DNA from: Candidatus Woesearchaeota archaeon
GTDB lineage: Archaea; Nanobdellota; Nanobdellia; Woesearchaeales; JBJKQO01
Direction of reading: 5' to 3'
Assembly (NCBI GenBank): GCA_046705145.1
Contig: JBJKQO010000027.1
Coordinates: 14,852 to 78,851, forward strand
DNA length: 64,000 bases
Shown here: one piece after another, positions 8,652 to 17,801 of the stretch
Position numbering within the stretch: position 1 is the first letter of the stretch
How the letters are laid out: every line of letters starts with the position of its first letter
Translations under genes and position numbers: made by a program
The notes under the pieces: model-generated
The model's database searches: none
Seen by the model: only the letters and a program-made list of their open reading frames with translations
Told to the model about the DNA's origin: nothing

Positions 8652-10811
8652 ATGAAACTAATGCAAAAACTTTTGTTAGGATTCGGGATAGTAGTTGTCC
8701 TGGTCCTGATCCTTGGCGCTGTAGGGATAATCGGCCTTGGGAAGGTCGTCGGAAGCGGGGAGCAGACAATTGGAGATATACAAAAATCACAATTTCTTGA
8801 CCAGAAGCTAAACGACCATCTTCTGTGGATGGACAAGCTTACTAACCAGCTTCTGAATGATGTTGAGTTCAACGCGCAGACAGACTGGCACAAGTGCGGC
8901 TTCGGAACCTGGTATTATGGCATAAAAGAAAGCGAAGAATACGCAAAACTTTCTCCTGAAGAAAAGAAAGTATTTGACGAGATGGAACAGTACCACATAG
9001 AGCTGCACGAGTCAGGACAGGAGATAAAAGAGCTATATAGCCCTACAGACCTGACACTTGACGGGTTCCTTGCAGAAAAAGAAGGGGATCATCTGAAATG
9101 GATGATGTCCCTTATGGACACCTGGGAAGATAATAATAAAGTATTTACATCTACCACAGATCCAAGAAAATGCGGGTTTGGACAGTGGTATTACAGCTTC
9201 ATAGGCTCAGAGGACTACAATAAGTTTCCTCCAGAGATAAGGAAGGCTTTTGATGATATGGAATCCATCCACTCAGACCTGCATCACTCTGCAGAGGGCA
9301 TACTTGCTCTTGCAGGACCTGATGGAAAGATCCATGATCCGGAATCAGTAGAAAAGGCAAAGCAGATCTTCATTACAGTAACAGAACCTCGTGCAGATGA
9401 GATGCTCAAAAAGTTCGCTATAGTTAGAGCATACATAAAGGAGCAGACAGAGAAGAAGCAAAAGTCTATGGAAGTTTTCCAGACAAAAAGCGAGCCTGCT
9501 GTAGAGCACATGATGACCCTTTTTGGAGAGTATAAGACTATAGTAGATGAGGAGGCAAAGAAAAGCCAGGATAACACTAAAAGCCAGCAAGCAGGAACCC
9601 GTGCGCTTCTTGTAATATTTGTCGTCATATGCGGAGCGCTTGCCATGGTCATAGGAGTGTTTTTTGCACTCATGATAACAAGGCCCGTCAACAAGACAGT
9701 CGCCATACTAAAAGACATCGCTGAAGGCGAAGGAGATCTCACAAGGAGGATGAACGTAAAATCAAAGGATGAGATCGGGGAGATGGGGAAATGGTTTGAC
9801 AAGTTCATGGGAAACATGAACGCGATGATAGTAAGGATATCAAAAAATGCGGCATCATCTGCTGCGACTGCTGAAGAGCTAAGCGCTTCATCAGAGCAGG
9901 TGAATGCCTCAACAGAGCAGGTCTCAAGCACCGTCCAGGAGATAGCCAAAGGAAGCCAGCAGCTGAGCAAGTCTGCTGGAGACACTAAAAACGATGTTGA
10001 GCAGCTTGTAAGCTCTATAAAAACAGTTACTAACTCAGCTATGGAATCAGCAAAGAAGGCTATCGAAGCGAAAGATGCTGCGACAAAAGGAGGAGAATCC
10101 GCAAAGCTTGCTGGAGAGAAGATGCAGTCCATAAGCGAGAGCGTAAGCTCATCTGCTGCAGTTGTCCAGGATCTTGGATCAAAAAGCGAGCAGATAAACA
10201 AGGTTGTCGAAGTCATCAATTCTATATCTGAACAGACGAACCTGCTAGCGCTAAACGCAGCGATAGAAGCAGCAAGAGCAGGAGAAGCTGGACGCGGATT
10301 TGCTGTTGTTGCAGACGAGGTAAGGAAGCTTGCTGAAGAATCACAAAAAGCGACAAAACAGATAGAAGCCATGATATCAGAAATAGTCTCAAGCACTAAA
10401 AACGCTGTTGATTCCATGAGCAAAGGCAAGACAGCAGTTGATGAAGGCAACAAGGTTGTCGGAGAAGCGCTGAATGCGCTTCAGGTGATAAGCCAGAATG
10501 TTGCTGAAGTGGCTTCCCAGGTCGAGATGATAAGCGGTGCAACGCAGCAGCAGCTTGTAAGTTCAGAAAAGGTGCAGAAATCGATAGAAGGAGTATCTGC
10601 AGTAGCAGAGGAGTCTGCTGCCGGAAGCGAGGAGGTAAGCGCCTCAGTAGAACAGACGACAGCGTCGATGCAGCAGGTAGCGACATCTGCCCAGAACCTT
10701 GCAAAGAGTGCGGATGACCTGAAAAGGCTTGTCGGCAAGTTCAAGGTCGATGAAAGCGGGATGCAGGATGAACCTCCCGCTGCGCCTGCCTCCCCTGAAA
10801 AGAAGAAATGA
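8652..10811 (+). CDS. methyl-accepting chemotaxis protein with two tandem CZB (chemoreceptor zinc-binding) domains between two TM helices
   Basis: The CZB signature appears twice: H-x3-W ... W-H/R-K-C-G-F-G-x-W-Y-Y ... H-x3-H. Two TM helices, a HAMP region, and a C-terminal Ala/Ser/Glu/Gln-rich heptad MCP signalling domain (LLALNAAIEAARAGEAGRGFAVVADEVRKLAE). Start chosen at the RBS-supported ATG at 8652 rather than 8628. Confidence 0.85.
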   Translation: MKLMQKLLLGFGIVVVLVLILGAVGIIGLGKVVGSGEQTIGDIQKSQFLDQKLNDHLLWMDKLTNQLLNDVEFNAQTDWHKCGFGTWYYGIKESEEYAKLSPEEKKVFDEMEQYHIELHESGQEIKELYSPTDLTLDGFLAEKEGDHLKWMMSLMDTWEDNNKVFTSTTDPRKCGFGQWYYSFIGSEDYNKFPPEIRKAFDDMESIHSDLHHSAEGILALAGPDGKIHDPESVEKAKQIFITVTEPRADEMLKKFAIVRAYIKEQTEKKQKSMEVFQTKSEPAVEHMMTLFGEYKTIVDEEAKKSQDNTKSQQAGTRALLVIFVVICGALAMVIGVFFALMITRPVNKTVAILKDIAEGEGDLTRRMNVKSKDEIGEMGKWFDKFMGNMNAMIVRISKNAASSAATAEELSASSEQVNASTEQVSSTVQEIAKGSQQLSKSAGDTKNDVEQLVSSIKTVTNSAMESAKKAIEAKDAATKGGESAKLAGEKMQSISESVSSSAAVVQDLGSKSEQINKVVEVINSISEQTNLLALNAAIEAARAGEAGRGFAVVADEVRKLAEESQKATKQIEAMISEIVSSTKNAVDSMSKGKTAVDEGNKVVGEALNALQVISQNVAEVASQVEMISGATQQQLVSSEKVQKSIEGVSAVAEESAAGSEEVSASVEQTTASMQQVATSAQNLAKSADDLKRLVGKFKVDESGMQDEPPAAPASPEKKK

Positions 10812-10828
10812 TCATGCATTGGTCTTTT

Positions 10829-10890
10829 GTCAGGACTTGTTTATGAGAAAACCCACCTCTACAAGTCCTGACATTTTTTTTATTTTTTTT
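10829..10890 (+). terminator. hairpin plus oligo-T terminator downstream of the MCP gene
   Basis: 12-bp inverted repeat GTCAGGACTTGT/ACAAGTCCTGAC immediately followed by T8AT8. Confidence 0.5.
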
Positions 10891-10898
10891 GATTTCTG

Positions 10899-11123
10899 TT
10901 TATTGCGAGTTTTTCTAATAATTTTTGGTCAGCATCAATTTGCGAGGCTTTTCAGAGAAAAAGACTCAGAGTTTGGGGGGGTCGCTTGCAAACTTGTTTG
11001 CAAGTCCGCCAAGATATTCTTGGCGATACACCATCCGGGGCTCAAACGGATGAAGCAGGTATCAAGAGCACAGCCGAGCCGATGCTGACCAAAAAAAGAA
11101 TTATTCGAAAAACTCGCTTATTG
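10899..11123 (+). mobile_element. Family-2 MITE-like element, copy 1 (long form)
   Basis: ~37-bp terminal inverted repeats: TTATTGCGAGTTTTTCTAATAATTTTTGGTCAGCATC at the 5' end, and the reverse complement of GATGCTGACCAAAAAAAGAATTATTCGAAAAACTCGCTTATTG at the 3' end. Internal CCATCCGGGGCT block and palindrome TTGCAAACTTGTTTGCAA shared with other copies. The ORF 10729-11088 inside it is judged spurious. Confidence 0.6.
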
Positions 11124-11219
11124 TATATAATATACCAAGAAGATAGTATTTCCTGATGACCAATCAAAATCATAAAAGACATAAAGAATAATAGAATTAA
11201 AAAAACAAAGAAAAAAGCC

Positions 11220-12023
11220 TTACTTGACAGGCTTCATGTTCTTCCATCCTAGCTCAAACATCTCTTCAAGAGCTGATGCGAAAAATGGCGTGTTTACCCA
11301 TATCCCGACATCGTATGTAGGATGGACCTCGTGGTCTCCAAGGACCATGAAGATAAGCTCTTTTCCGTCAACTACTGTGAATCTTGCCTTGCTGTTTGTG
11401 TGCCTGACTTCAGCGATCTTTGAGATCTCTTTTGCTGCGTCTTTTGATTCTTTTGTTATAGGAGCTGCAATCCTTACCTTGACTCCTCTTTTTGCAACCT
11501 GCTCAAGAGTTGGCTTAAGCCCTTCAACCTTTCTCATAAGTCCCTGGGCTGTGGTGTGGATTGTGACTGATTTCTCAGCGTTTCTTATCGTAAGCTCAAG
11601 ATGGTTGTAAAGGTTGTGCCTTCCCCTTAAGGATCCTGAAAGCTCTGTTGGCTCGACAAGCTCAACTCCCTGTGTGTGGAGCGTGTTAAGCTCGTTTAGG
11701 ACGTCTGTCCTCTTAAGCTCTTCAAGCCTTTTTACTTTCTCTTCTGCGTCGATCCTCATGTTTTTCTTGACTCTCTCAACAACTTCCTGTGGTGGAACTG
11801 CGATGTACTTGATAGGCTTTCCAAGCTTCATCACGACAAATCCTTTCTTTTCAAGGCTTTCCAAAACGTCATAAGAACGAGATCTTGGTACGTTTGCGAT
11901 GTCAGAAAGCTCACCTGCAGTTGAAACACCACGAGAAAGAAGCGCTGCCCACACTTTTACCTCGTAGAGGTTAAGCGCGAAATAACGCCTTAGTTTGCTT
12001 AAAAATTCTTCTTTAACGATCAT
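11220..12023 (-). CDS. TrmB-family transcriptional regulator (sugar-responsive type)
   Basis: 267 aa. N-terminal wHTH (YEVKVWAALLSRGVSTAGELSDIANVPRSRSYDVLESLEKKGFV) plus a C-terminal TrmB effector-like domain. Confidence 0.75.
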   Translation of the reverse strand: MIVKEEFLSKLRRYFALNLYEVKVWAALLSRGVSTAGELSDIANVPRSRSYDVLESLEKKGFVVMKLGKPIKYIAVPPQEVVERVKKNMRIDAEEKVKRLEELKRTDVLNELNTLHTQGVELVEPTELSGSLRGRHNLYNHLELTIRNAEKSVTIHTTAQGLMRKVEGLKPTLEQVAKRGVKVRIAAPITKESKDAAKEISKIAEVRHTNSKARFTVVDGKELIFMVLGDHEVHPTYDVGIWVNTPFFASALEEMFELGWKNMKPVK

Positions 12024-12277
12024 TGTTTACACCCCCCTTTTTTTGCTAACTACGCAATAAGTACATCATTTTGTGATACTACTATTAATATGTTACGGTT
12101 TTTTACCGCGCCCCAGTACTTTCATTGCGTGTTAACAAACAGGGTTATATACTGGACAGTTTTAAATTTTTATAATTATTCTAAAATAGTAAAAAAATTT
12201 TTATGTATTTAAACTTTTGGCTTATTAAGGCTATATGTTACAAAGTATTTAAAAAGAAATAGAATTTCCTATAGGGT

Positions 12278-13000
12278 ATGCAGATAAAAAATCTCCGACT
12301 GATAGGGACAAATCACATAGCAAAACAGTCCCTGGAAGATGTCAAAAAAACGATAGAATCAGATATGCCTGACATAATCGCAGTTGAGCTTGATAAGAAA
12401 AGGCTTCCTGCTGTGCTTGACAGGACAAAAAGAAAAAGGTCGCTTTCAGCGATAAGGACAATCGGTTTTAAGGGTTTTATATTCAGCATCATCGGAGAAT
12501 GGGCAGAAAGAAAACTAGGAGAAAAGACAGGGGTTCTTCCCGGAGAGGAGATGGCAACAGCCATAAGGGCTGCCCAGGAGAAAAGGATAGGGCTTGCGCT
12601 TATAGATCAGGACATCGAGGTCACCCTAAGAAACTTCTCCCGGACGATCTCCTGGAAAGAGAAGTTTCGGTTCCTTGGAGACATATTCAAGGGTTTCTTC
12701 TATGCCCTGACAGGAAAGCAGCCTAAGTTCAGCTTTGACATCAATAAGGTGCCTGAATCAGAGCTTATCGAGAAGATGATAGAAGAGGTGAAGGGAAGGT
12801 ATCCTAACATCTACAAGGCGCTGATATCAGACAGGGATGCATACATGGCAGGAAAGCTTGAGGCGATAATGCGAAACCACCCTGACAAGAAGATAATAGC
12901 ATTTATGGGTGCAGGGCACATGAAAGGCATAAAGCGCATCCTTGACGACAGGTTCAAGGATGATAATGCGTATTCTTTCGGATATAGTGTTGAGATGTGA
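12278..13000 (+). CDS. TraB/PrgY/GumN-family protein
   Basis: 240 aa. N-terminal LIGTNHIAKQS (GTxH) motif and a C-terminal FMGAGHMKG motif typical of the TraB family. Confidence 0.65.
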   Translation: MQIKNLRLIGTNHIAKQSLEDVKKTIESDMPDIIAVELDKKRLPAVLDRTKRKRSLSAIRTIGFKGFIFSIIGEWAERKLGEKTGVLPGEEMATAIRAAQEKRIGLALIDQDIEVTLRNFSRTISWKEKFRFLGDIFKGFFYALTGKQPKFSFDINKVPESELIEKMIEEVKGRYPNIYKALISDRDAYMAGKLEAIMRNHPDKKIIAFMGAGHMKGIKRILDDRFKDDNAYSFGYSVEM

Positions 13001-13014
13001 GTTTAGTTCATTAA

Positions 13015-13215
13015 GCTCAGTAGAAAGTCTCGCTTCGCTCGGAGGCATCGGCTCGCTTGTGCTTCTTTAGCAAGAATGTGCTGCGTCCCCGGATGGGGTG
13101 TCGCCAAACGAGTTTGGCGGACTCATGAACAAATTCATGAGCAACCCCCCGCGACGCACTTGATTTATTAGCAACAGAAGCTCGCAAAACTGATGCCCTC
13201 ACACTTTCTACTGAG
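13015..13215 (-). mobile_element. Family-2 MITE-like element, copy 2 (divergent, inverted)
   Basis: Reverse complement carries CATCAGTTTTGCGAGCTTC, the GGGGGGTTGCTCATGAATTTGTTCATGAGTCCGCCAAACTCGTTTGGCGACACCCCATCCGGGG block and GCACAAGCGAGCCGATGCCTCC, each matching copy 1. Outer 13-bp inverted repeat CTCAGTAGAAAGT. Starts 15 nt after the TraB stop. Confidence 0.45.
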
Positions 13216-13266
13216 CCTTTATCAAACTAAAACTTTTTATAATAGGACATACAAGATAGGCTATAA

Positions 13267-14004
13267 ATGTTTTCAAGAAGCTACATTGACATGATAAAGA
13301 GGTACTATCCCTTCACGATGAAGGAGTTTGGAGGGCTTATAGTAACTATAGCTGTCCTTACATTAGTGGCTGGCCTTGATGACAAGAGCGAGACATTTGT
13401 CCTTGCACACTGGCTGGGAAACCTGCTTAGGGTCTTCATGATCGTCGTGATATCAGTCATGGTGCACCACACCGGGCAGAGGCTATGGGGTTTTAAGGAA
13501 GGCTTCACGGTCGAGCAGTATGTCTGGTGGTACGGTATCATACTCGCTCTTGCAGTGGCTTTTGTGACCAGGGGTAAGATATGGCCTCTTGCAGTCACAG
13601 GAACTATGATACATCACCACAGGATCCACAGGCTTGGTGAGTTCAGGTACGGGCCTAATATCCACAAGTTCTCGATAGTGGCGTTTGCAGGACCAATATC
13701 GTGCATACTTCTTGTGACGTTCCTTAAGGTGGTCGAAAGGATGATCACAGGAGCCTACTCCACTTCTGGATTCATACACGCGCTTTTCATGTTCAACCTG
13801 GGGTATGCTGCATGGAACCTCCTGCCTATACCCCCTCTTGATGGAAGCAGGATATTCTTTGACTCAAGGAATATTTACGTGCTTATCGCAGTGTCATTTT
13901 GGGCGTATTTCATAATGGCGCTAAACGGCATCTATTCATACATAATCGCACTCCTTATAGGGATCGTGATGTGGGCAATATACATATTCGGCAAGAAAGG
14001 GTGA
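13267..14004 (+). CDS. integral membrane protein, hypothetical (His-rich loops; no HExxH)
   Basis: 245 aa with six or more predicted TM helices. Confidence 0.45.
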   Translation: MFSRSYIDMIKRYYPFTMKEFGGLIVTIAVLTLVAGLDDKSETFVLAHWLGNLLRVFMIVVISVMVHHTGQRLWGFKEGFTVEQYVWWYGIILALAVAFVTRGKIWPLAVTGTMIHHHRIHRLGEFRYGPNIHKFSIVAFAGPISCILLVTFLKVVERMITGAYSTSGFIHALFMFNLGYAAWNLLPIPPLDGSRIFFDSRNIYVLIAVSFWAYFIMALNGIYSYIIALLIGIVMWAIYIFGKKG

Positions 14005-14009
14005 TATGG

Positions 14010-14339
14010 ATGGTACTTAACTTTTATAGGGTGTGGCCGCAGCTTACTGCTCTTGGGCTTCTTGTGATAGGTTTCATATTCTCGATATCTGTCTGGAACT
14101 CTGCAGCCCTGACATATATACTGATCATAATATTTGGGCTTGGTTTCGGAAGGATGTGGTGGAAATACAAAAACGACTTCAGGTTCACATGGTTTCTCCT
14201 TATGGTAGGGTTCATAATAGGTTATCTTATCGGCGCTTTTGGAGGCAGCAGGATAATAACGTTCATACTCTACATACTTAGCATAGCAGCAGGGTACTAC
14301 ATACATGAGAAAAACATCTTGCACAGTAAAGAATTTTAA
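14010..14339 (+). CDS. small integral membrane protein, hypothetical
   Basis: 109 aa with 3 TM helices. Start taken at the internal ATG (MVLNFY) because the upstream part of the tracked ORF overlaps the preceding gene in another frame. Confidence 0.4.
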   Translation: MVLNFYRVWPQLTALGLLVIGFIFSISVWNSAALTYILIIIFGLGFGRMWWKYKNDFRFTWFLLMVGFIIGYLIGAFGGSRIITFILYILSIAAGYYIHEKNILHSKEF

Positions 14340-14346
14340 GGAAGGC

Positions 14347-14901
14347 ATGTGGAAGATAAGCGCCAACAGCAATATCTACATCCTTGATCTCGAGCAAGCG
14401 ATAGCGATAGATTCAGGGGACAGGGACTATCATGATGAGATAAAAGATGTTCTCCCTTCGATAATTGACCCTTCCAGGATCAGGATAGTGATAATGACTC
14501 ATCTTCACTATGACCATATCGGCTGCTTTGACCTTTTTCCTGATGCAGAGTTCTATGCTTCAGAATCTGCAATAAGGGATATGAAGGAAAGCAGGATAAT
14601 GACTATACTTAACGCGAAGATAGGCGGGATGTTTGACGTCGACCTTAAGCCGGTCGAAAGCATAAAGGAAAAGCTTAAGGCGATGGGGCTTAAGATCCTC
14701 GCCACTCCTGGCCACTCGCGCGGAAGCATCTGCCTGTGGCATGAGAAAGAAAAGGTCCTGTTTTCAGGAGACACGCTTTTTGACAAAGGCATCACAGGCA
14801 GGGTTGACCTTCCGACATCTGTTCCAGAGGAGATGGCAGGATCCCTTGAAAAGCTAAGAAAGCTCGGATACAAGGTTCTTTGTCCGGGGCATGATTATTA
14901 A
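14347..14901 (+). CDS. MBL-fold metallo-hydrolase
   Basis: HLHYDHIG (HxHxDH) and PGHSRGS motifs. Start at the GGAAGG-supported ATG 14347; an alternative start is 14305. Confidence 0.75.
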   Translation: MWKISANSNIYILDLEQAIAIDSGDRDYHDEIKDVLPSIIDPSRIRIVIMTHLHYDHIGCFDLFPDAEFYASESAIRDMKESRIMTILNAKIGGMFDVDLKPVESIKEKLKAMGLKILATPGHSRGSICLWHEKEKVLFSGDTLFDKGITGRVDLPTSVPEEMAGSLEKLRKLGYKVLCPGHDY

Positions 14902-14939
14902 GAAAAATATAAAAAAGATATCAAAAACCTTAAGACAAT

Positions 14940-15524
14940 ATGACACTACCACTAACAAGAGAGCAGGCACTGGAGCTTCTCAGGTCCATGCCTCAGACTG
15001 AGAGCGACATGAACCATTACCTTGAGACAGAAGCGATAATGAGAGCCCTTGCAAGGCATTTTGGCGAGGATGAAGATTTCTGGTCTATGATAGGGCTTCT
15101 GCATGATGTGGACTGGGCCCTTACAAGGGATGACTGGAGGGAGCACACTATCAAAGCAGAGGATATCTTAAAGGAGAAAGGTTTTGGTGAGGACTTCATC
15201 CGGATCGTGCAATCCCATGGTTACGGCCATGATGATATCCCTGCATTTAAGGATATGAGAAGGACAAGAAAGATCGAGCATGCGCTAGTCGCTTCTGAGA
15301 CGCTTACAGGCATAATATTTGCCTATGCTCTTTTGAGGGGAAAAAGGATTTCTGACATGGAACTAAAAGGCCTTAAGAAAAGGTTCAAGGAAAAGAGCTT
15401 TGCTGCAAACTGCAACAGGGAACTGGTAAGAGAGATAGAGAAGACTGGACTTGAGCTTGATCCCTTCCTGAAGATGGCGATAGATGCTGTCAGGGAAATA
15501 AAGGATGAATTAGGGCTGGAGTGA
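14940..15524 (+). CDS. HD-domain phosphohydrolase
   Basis: 194 aa with an H..HD motif (LLHDVDW) and a downstream His/Asp. Confidence 0.7.
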   Translation: MTLPLTREQALELLRSMPQTESDMNHYLETEAIMRALARHFGEDEDFWSMIGLLHDVDWALTRDDWREHTIKAEDILKEKGFGEDFIRIVQSHGYGHDDIPAFKDMRRTRKIEHALVASETLTGIIFAYALLRGKRISDMELKGLKKRFKEKSFAANCNRELVREIEKTGLELDPFLKMAIDAVREIKDELGLE

Positions 15525-15575
15525 AATTTCCGTAAAGGAAAAATTAATATATTATCAAAGCTGATTTTAAAATAT

Positions 15576-16481
15576 ATGAAAAGATATAATCTCCTGATAA
15601 TCGTTGACGCAGAGGGATGCACAGGAATAAAAGAATGGAAAGATGTCGTCATAAACTATTATACCGATAGCCCTACTGAAAAAGTAAGGGAAGCGATGGC
15701 TAAAGATGTCAATGCAGTTATAGAAGGAATTTCAAAATTTGATAGGGCTGGCAAAGTTGTCATTTTGGATTCGCATGCTCGTGGAAAAAATATAAGAAAA
15801 GAAGATATTAATTTTTTCGGGATGGATGTCACCCTGAAATCATGGAGTATTAAGAATTTCAAAAAATACTCTGGGATCAGTGATTTTGGTATCCTGGTGG
15901 GGGCTCATGGAAAATTCGGAAGCTCAGATGGAAAGCCGCCTATGTATAAATCAGAATTTGAAGATGGGAAAAAAACCGGGCTTTCACATTTCAATATGTT
16001 CGGGGTAAAAAATGCATTCCTTAACAGCAGGTCAATTGGAGAATCTATAAGTTTTATCATGCTTTTAAAAGAGATGAAAGTCCCGCTTGTATACTGCTGT
16101 GGATCAAAAGCAGCGATTGATGAATTGAATCGTTTTGCTTACGAGATCAAGACTTCAATAACCAAAAATGGGCGCAGAACATACAACAAAGATAAAGTAA
16201 GGAAAAATATTACAAAATCTACTATTTCTGCATTAAAAGATGCTGCAAAAGGAAAAGGGTTTATCGGGCTGGATGATAAGAGATTAAAATATGTCTCATT
16301 CTCCTTGGAATTCAAGAACCCAGGAGATAAAAATGCAGACAAAAAAGTGAAAAAACAATTAAAAAAATTTAATACCCTGCATAAGATCAATTACGTCAGG
16401 CTAGAAGGCAGAAAAGTGTTCTTTTTTGGCAAAGGAAAAACACCCTATTTTAACGATTACAAATTGATTAATGAAGCATAA
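15576..16481 (+). CDS. peptidase M55 (D-aminopeptidase DppA-like) family protein
   Basis: Motifs in DppA order: LLIIVDAEGCTGI, VVILDSHARG, ILVGAHGKFGS, LVYCCGSKAAIDEL. Lys-rich and embedded in an AT-rich island. Confidence 0.5.
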   Translation: MKRYNLLIIVDAEGCTGIKEWKDVVINYYTDSPTEKVREAMAKDVNAVIEGISKFDRAGKVVILDSHARGKNIRKEDINFFGMDVTLKSWSIKNFKKYSGISDFGILVGAHGKFGSSDGKPPMYKSEFEDGKKTGLSHFNMFGVKNAFLNSRSIGESISFIMLLKEMKVPLVYCCGSKAAIDELNRFAYEIKTSITKNGRRTYNKDKVRKNITKSTISALKDAAKGKGFIGLDDKRLKYVSFSLEFKNPGDKNADKKVKKQLKKFNTLHKINYVRLEGRKVFFFGKGKTPYFNDYKLINEA

Positions 16482-16655
16482 GAAAACCTAACCTCTTCTC
16501 ATTTGATCCGGCAATCTGAAAAAAAAATCATGACCAGAACGCATGCCCATCAAAAAGCTCATAAACCAAACAATCCTACAGAATGATTAAATTCCAATGT
16601 AAGAAGAACCTTCTTTCAAAAGCTTTATATACGTAGATTTATTGCACTTCGTATT

Positions 16656-17801
16656 ATGGAAACCAAGAAAGACTGCAGGCATTTCGTGGGATACATGCCG
16701 TGTAAGCACCACAAGGAAGACGGGTCTGTGTGCGAGGACTGCAAGCACTACAAGAAGAACGGGAAGAAGATACTTCTGATAAACTTCGTCGGGCTCGGTG
16801 ACGTGCTTAGGACTACTGCCATGATAAGGCCTCTTAAGAAGAAGTATCCTGACTGCCACATAACATTTCTTACAGGAAAGCAGGGCTATGACATAATAAA
16901 GAACATCCCTGAGATAGAAAAACCTCTTCTTATGAGCCTTGAGACCGCGCTCAGGCTGATGGTAGAGAAGTTTGACATCATGATCAACTATGACAAGCAG
17001 GATGACGCGCTTGCGATAGCAGCTCTTGTGAAGGCAAAGCACAAGCACGGCATTTACATGGATGAGTCAGGCCACCTGGCAGCATTTGACAAGAAGGATG
17101 AGATACTCGTAGACATAGGTCTTTCAGATGAGATAAAGGGATCGAACAAGAAGACGATGCAGCAGATAATGTTTGAGGTGGCAGAGCTTGAATACAACGG
17201 CGACATGCCTCTTTACAACATCTCTGAAGAGTCAAGGCAGTATGCAAAGGAGATGTTCAAGAAGAACGGCATAAGCCCAAAAGACATAGTGATAGGCCTT
17301 AACACTGGCGTAGGCGGCAGGATATTTCCGAACAGGAAGTGGCCTGCAGAATATTTTATCAGGCTTTCTGAGATGATCGAGAAGGATCTTAAGGCCAAGG
17401 TCGCGATACTTGGAGGCCCTGAAGAAAAAGAGCTCAACAAGAGGATAATCCGGGGCACAAAGGCAAAAGTGATCGATGCAGGCACTGAGAACACGATAGA
17501 GCAGTACTCTGCGCTTGTCGAGAGATGTGATGTCATCGTGACTGTCGACACGCTTGCGCTGCATCTTGCAGCAGCCCTAAGCATCCCTGTTGTCGCTCTT
17601 TTCGGACCTACAAACAAGCACGAGCTTGAGATCTACGGCAAGGGCAAGAAGCTTGCGATAGATGAGCTCAAATGCATATTCTGCTACAAGCACAGGTGCC
17701 GCGTCTGCGAAAGCGACGTAGCTAAGTGCATGGAGATGATCACCCCTGAGATGGTCCTTGATGCGATAAGGGAAACCCTCAAGGAACATGGTAGAAAATG
17801 A
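16656..17801 (+). CDS. glycosyltransferase family 9 (heptosyltransferase-like) with an N-terminal Cys-rich extension
   Basis: ILLINFVGLGDVLRTTAMIRPLKKKYPDCHITFLTG GT9 signature, preceded by CRHFVGYMPCKHHKEDGSVCEDCKHY. Confidence 0.75.
   Translation: METKKDCRHFVGYMPCKHHKEDGSVCEDCKHYKKNGKKILLINFVGLGDVLRTTAMIRPLKKKYPDCHITFLTGKQGYDIIKNIPEIEKPLLMSLETALRLMVEKFDIMINYDKQDDALAIAALVKAKHKHGIYMDESGHLAAFDKKDEILVDIGLSDEIKGSNKKTMQQIMFEVAELEYNGDMPLYNISEESRQYAKEMFKKNGISPKDIVIGLNTGVGGRIFPNRKWPAEYFIRLSEMIEKDLKAKVAILGGPEEKELNKRIIRGTKAKVIDAGTENTIEQYSALVERCDVIVTVDTLALHLAAALSIPVVALFGPTNKHELEIYGKGKKLAIDELKCIFCYKHRCRVCESDVAKCMEMITPEMVLDAIRETLKEHGRK

Noticed and set aside
9284-10453. 389-aa minus-strand ORF (also 10396-10704 and 10481-10819)
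   Set aside because: Antisense to the Ala/Ser/Glu-rich MCP signalling domain, which generates long spurious reverse-frame ORFs. No start context.
10729-11088. 119-aa ORF, and the 61-aa ORF at 13017-13202
   Set aside because: Both lie inside family-2 repeat elements and are read through their inverted repeats. They are not conserved between copies, so they were treated as spurious.
13267-14004. Site-2 protease (M50) call for the membrane protein
   Set aside because: The protein has His-rich loops but lacks the HExxH zinc-binding motif, so the peptidase call was dropped.
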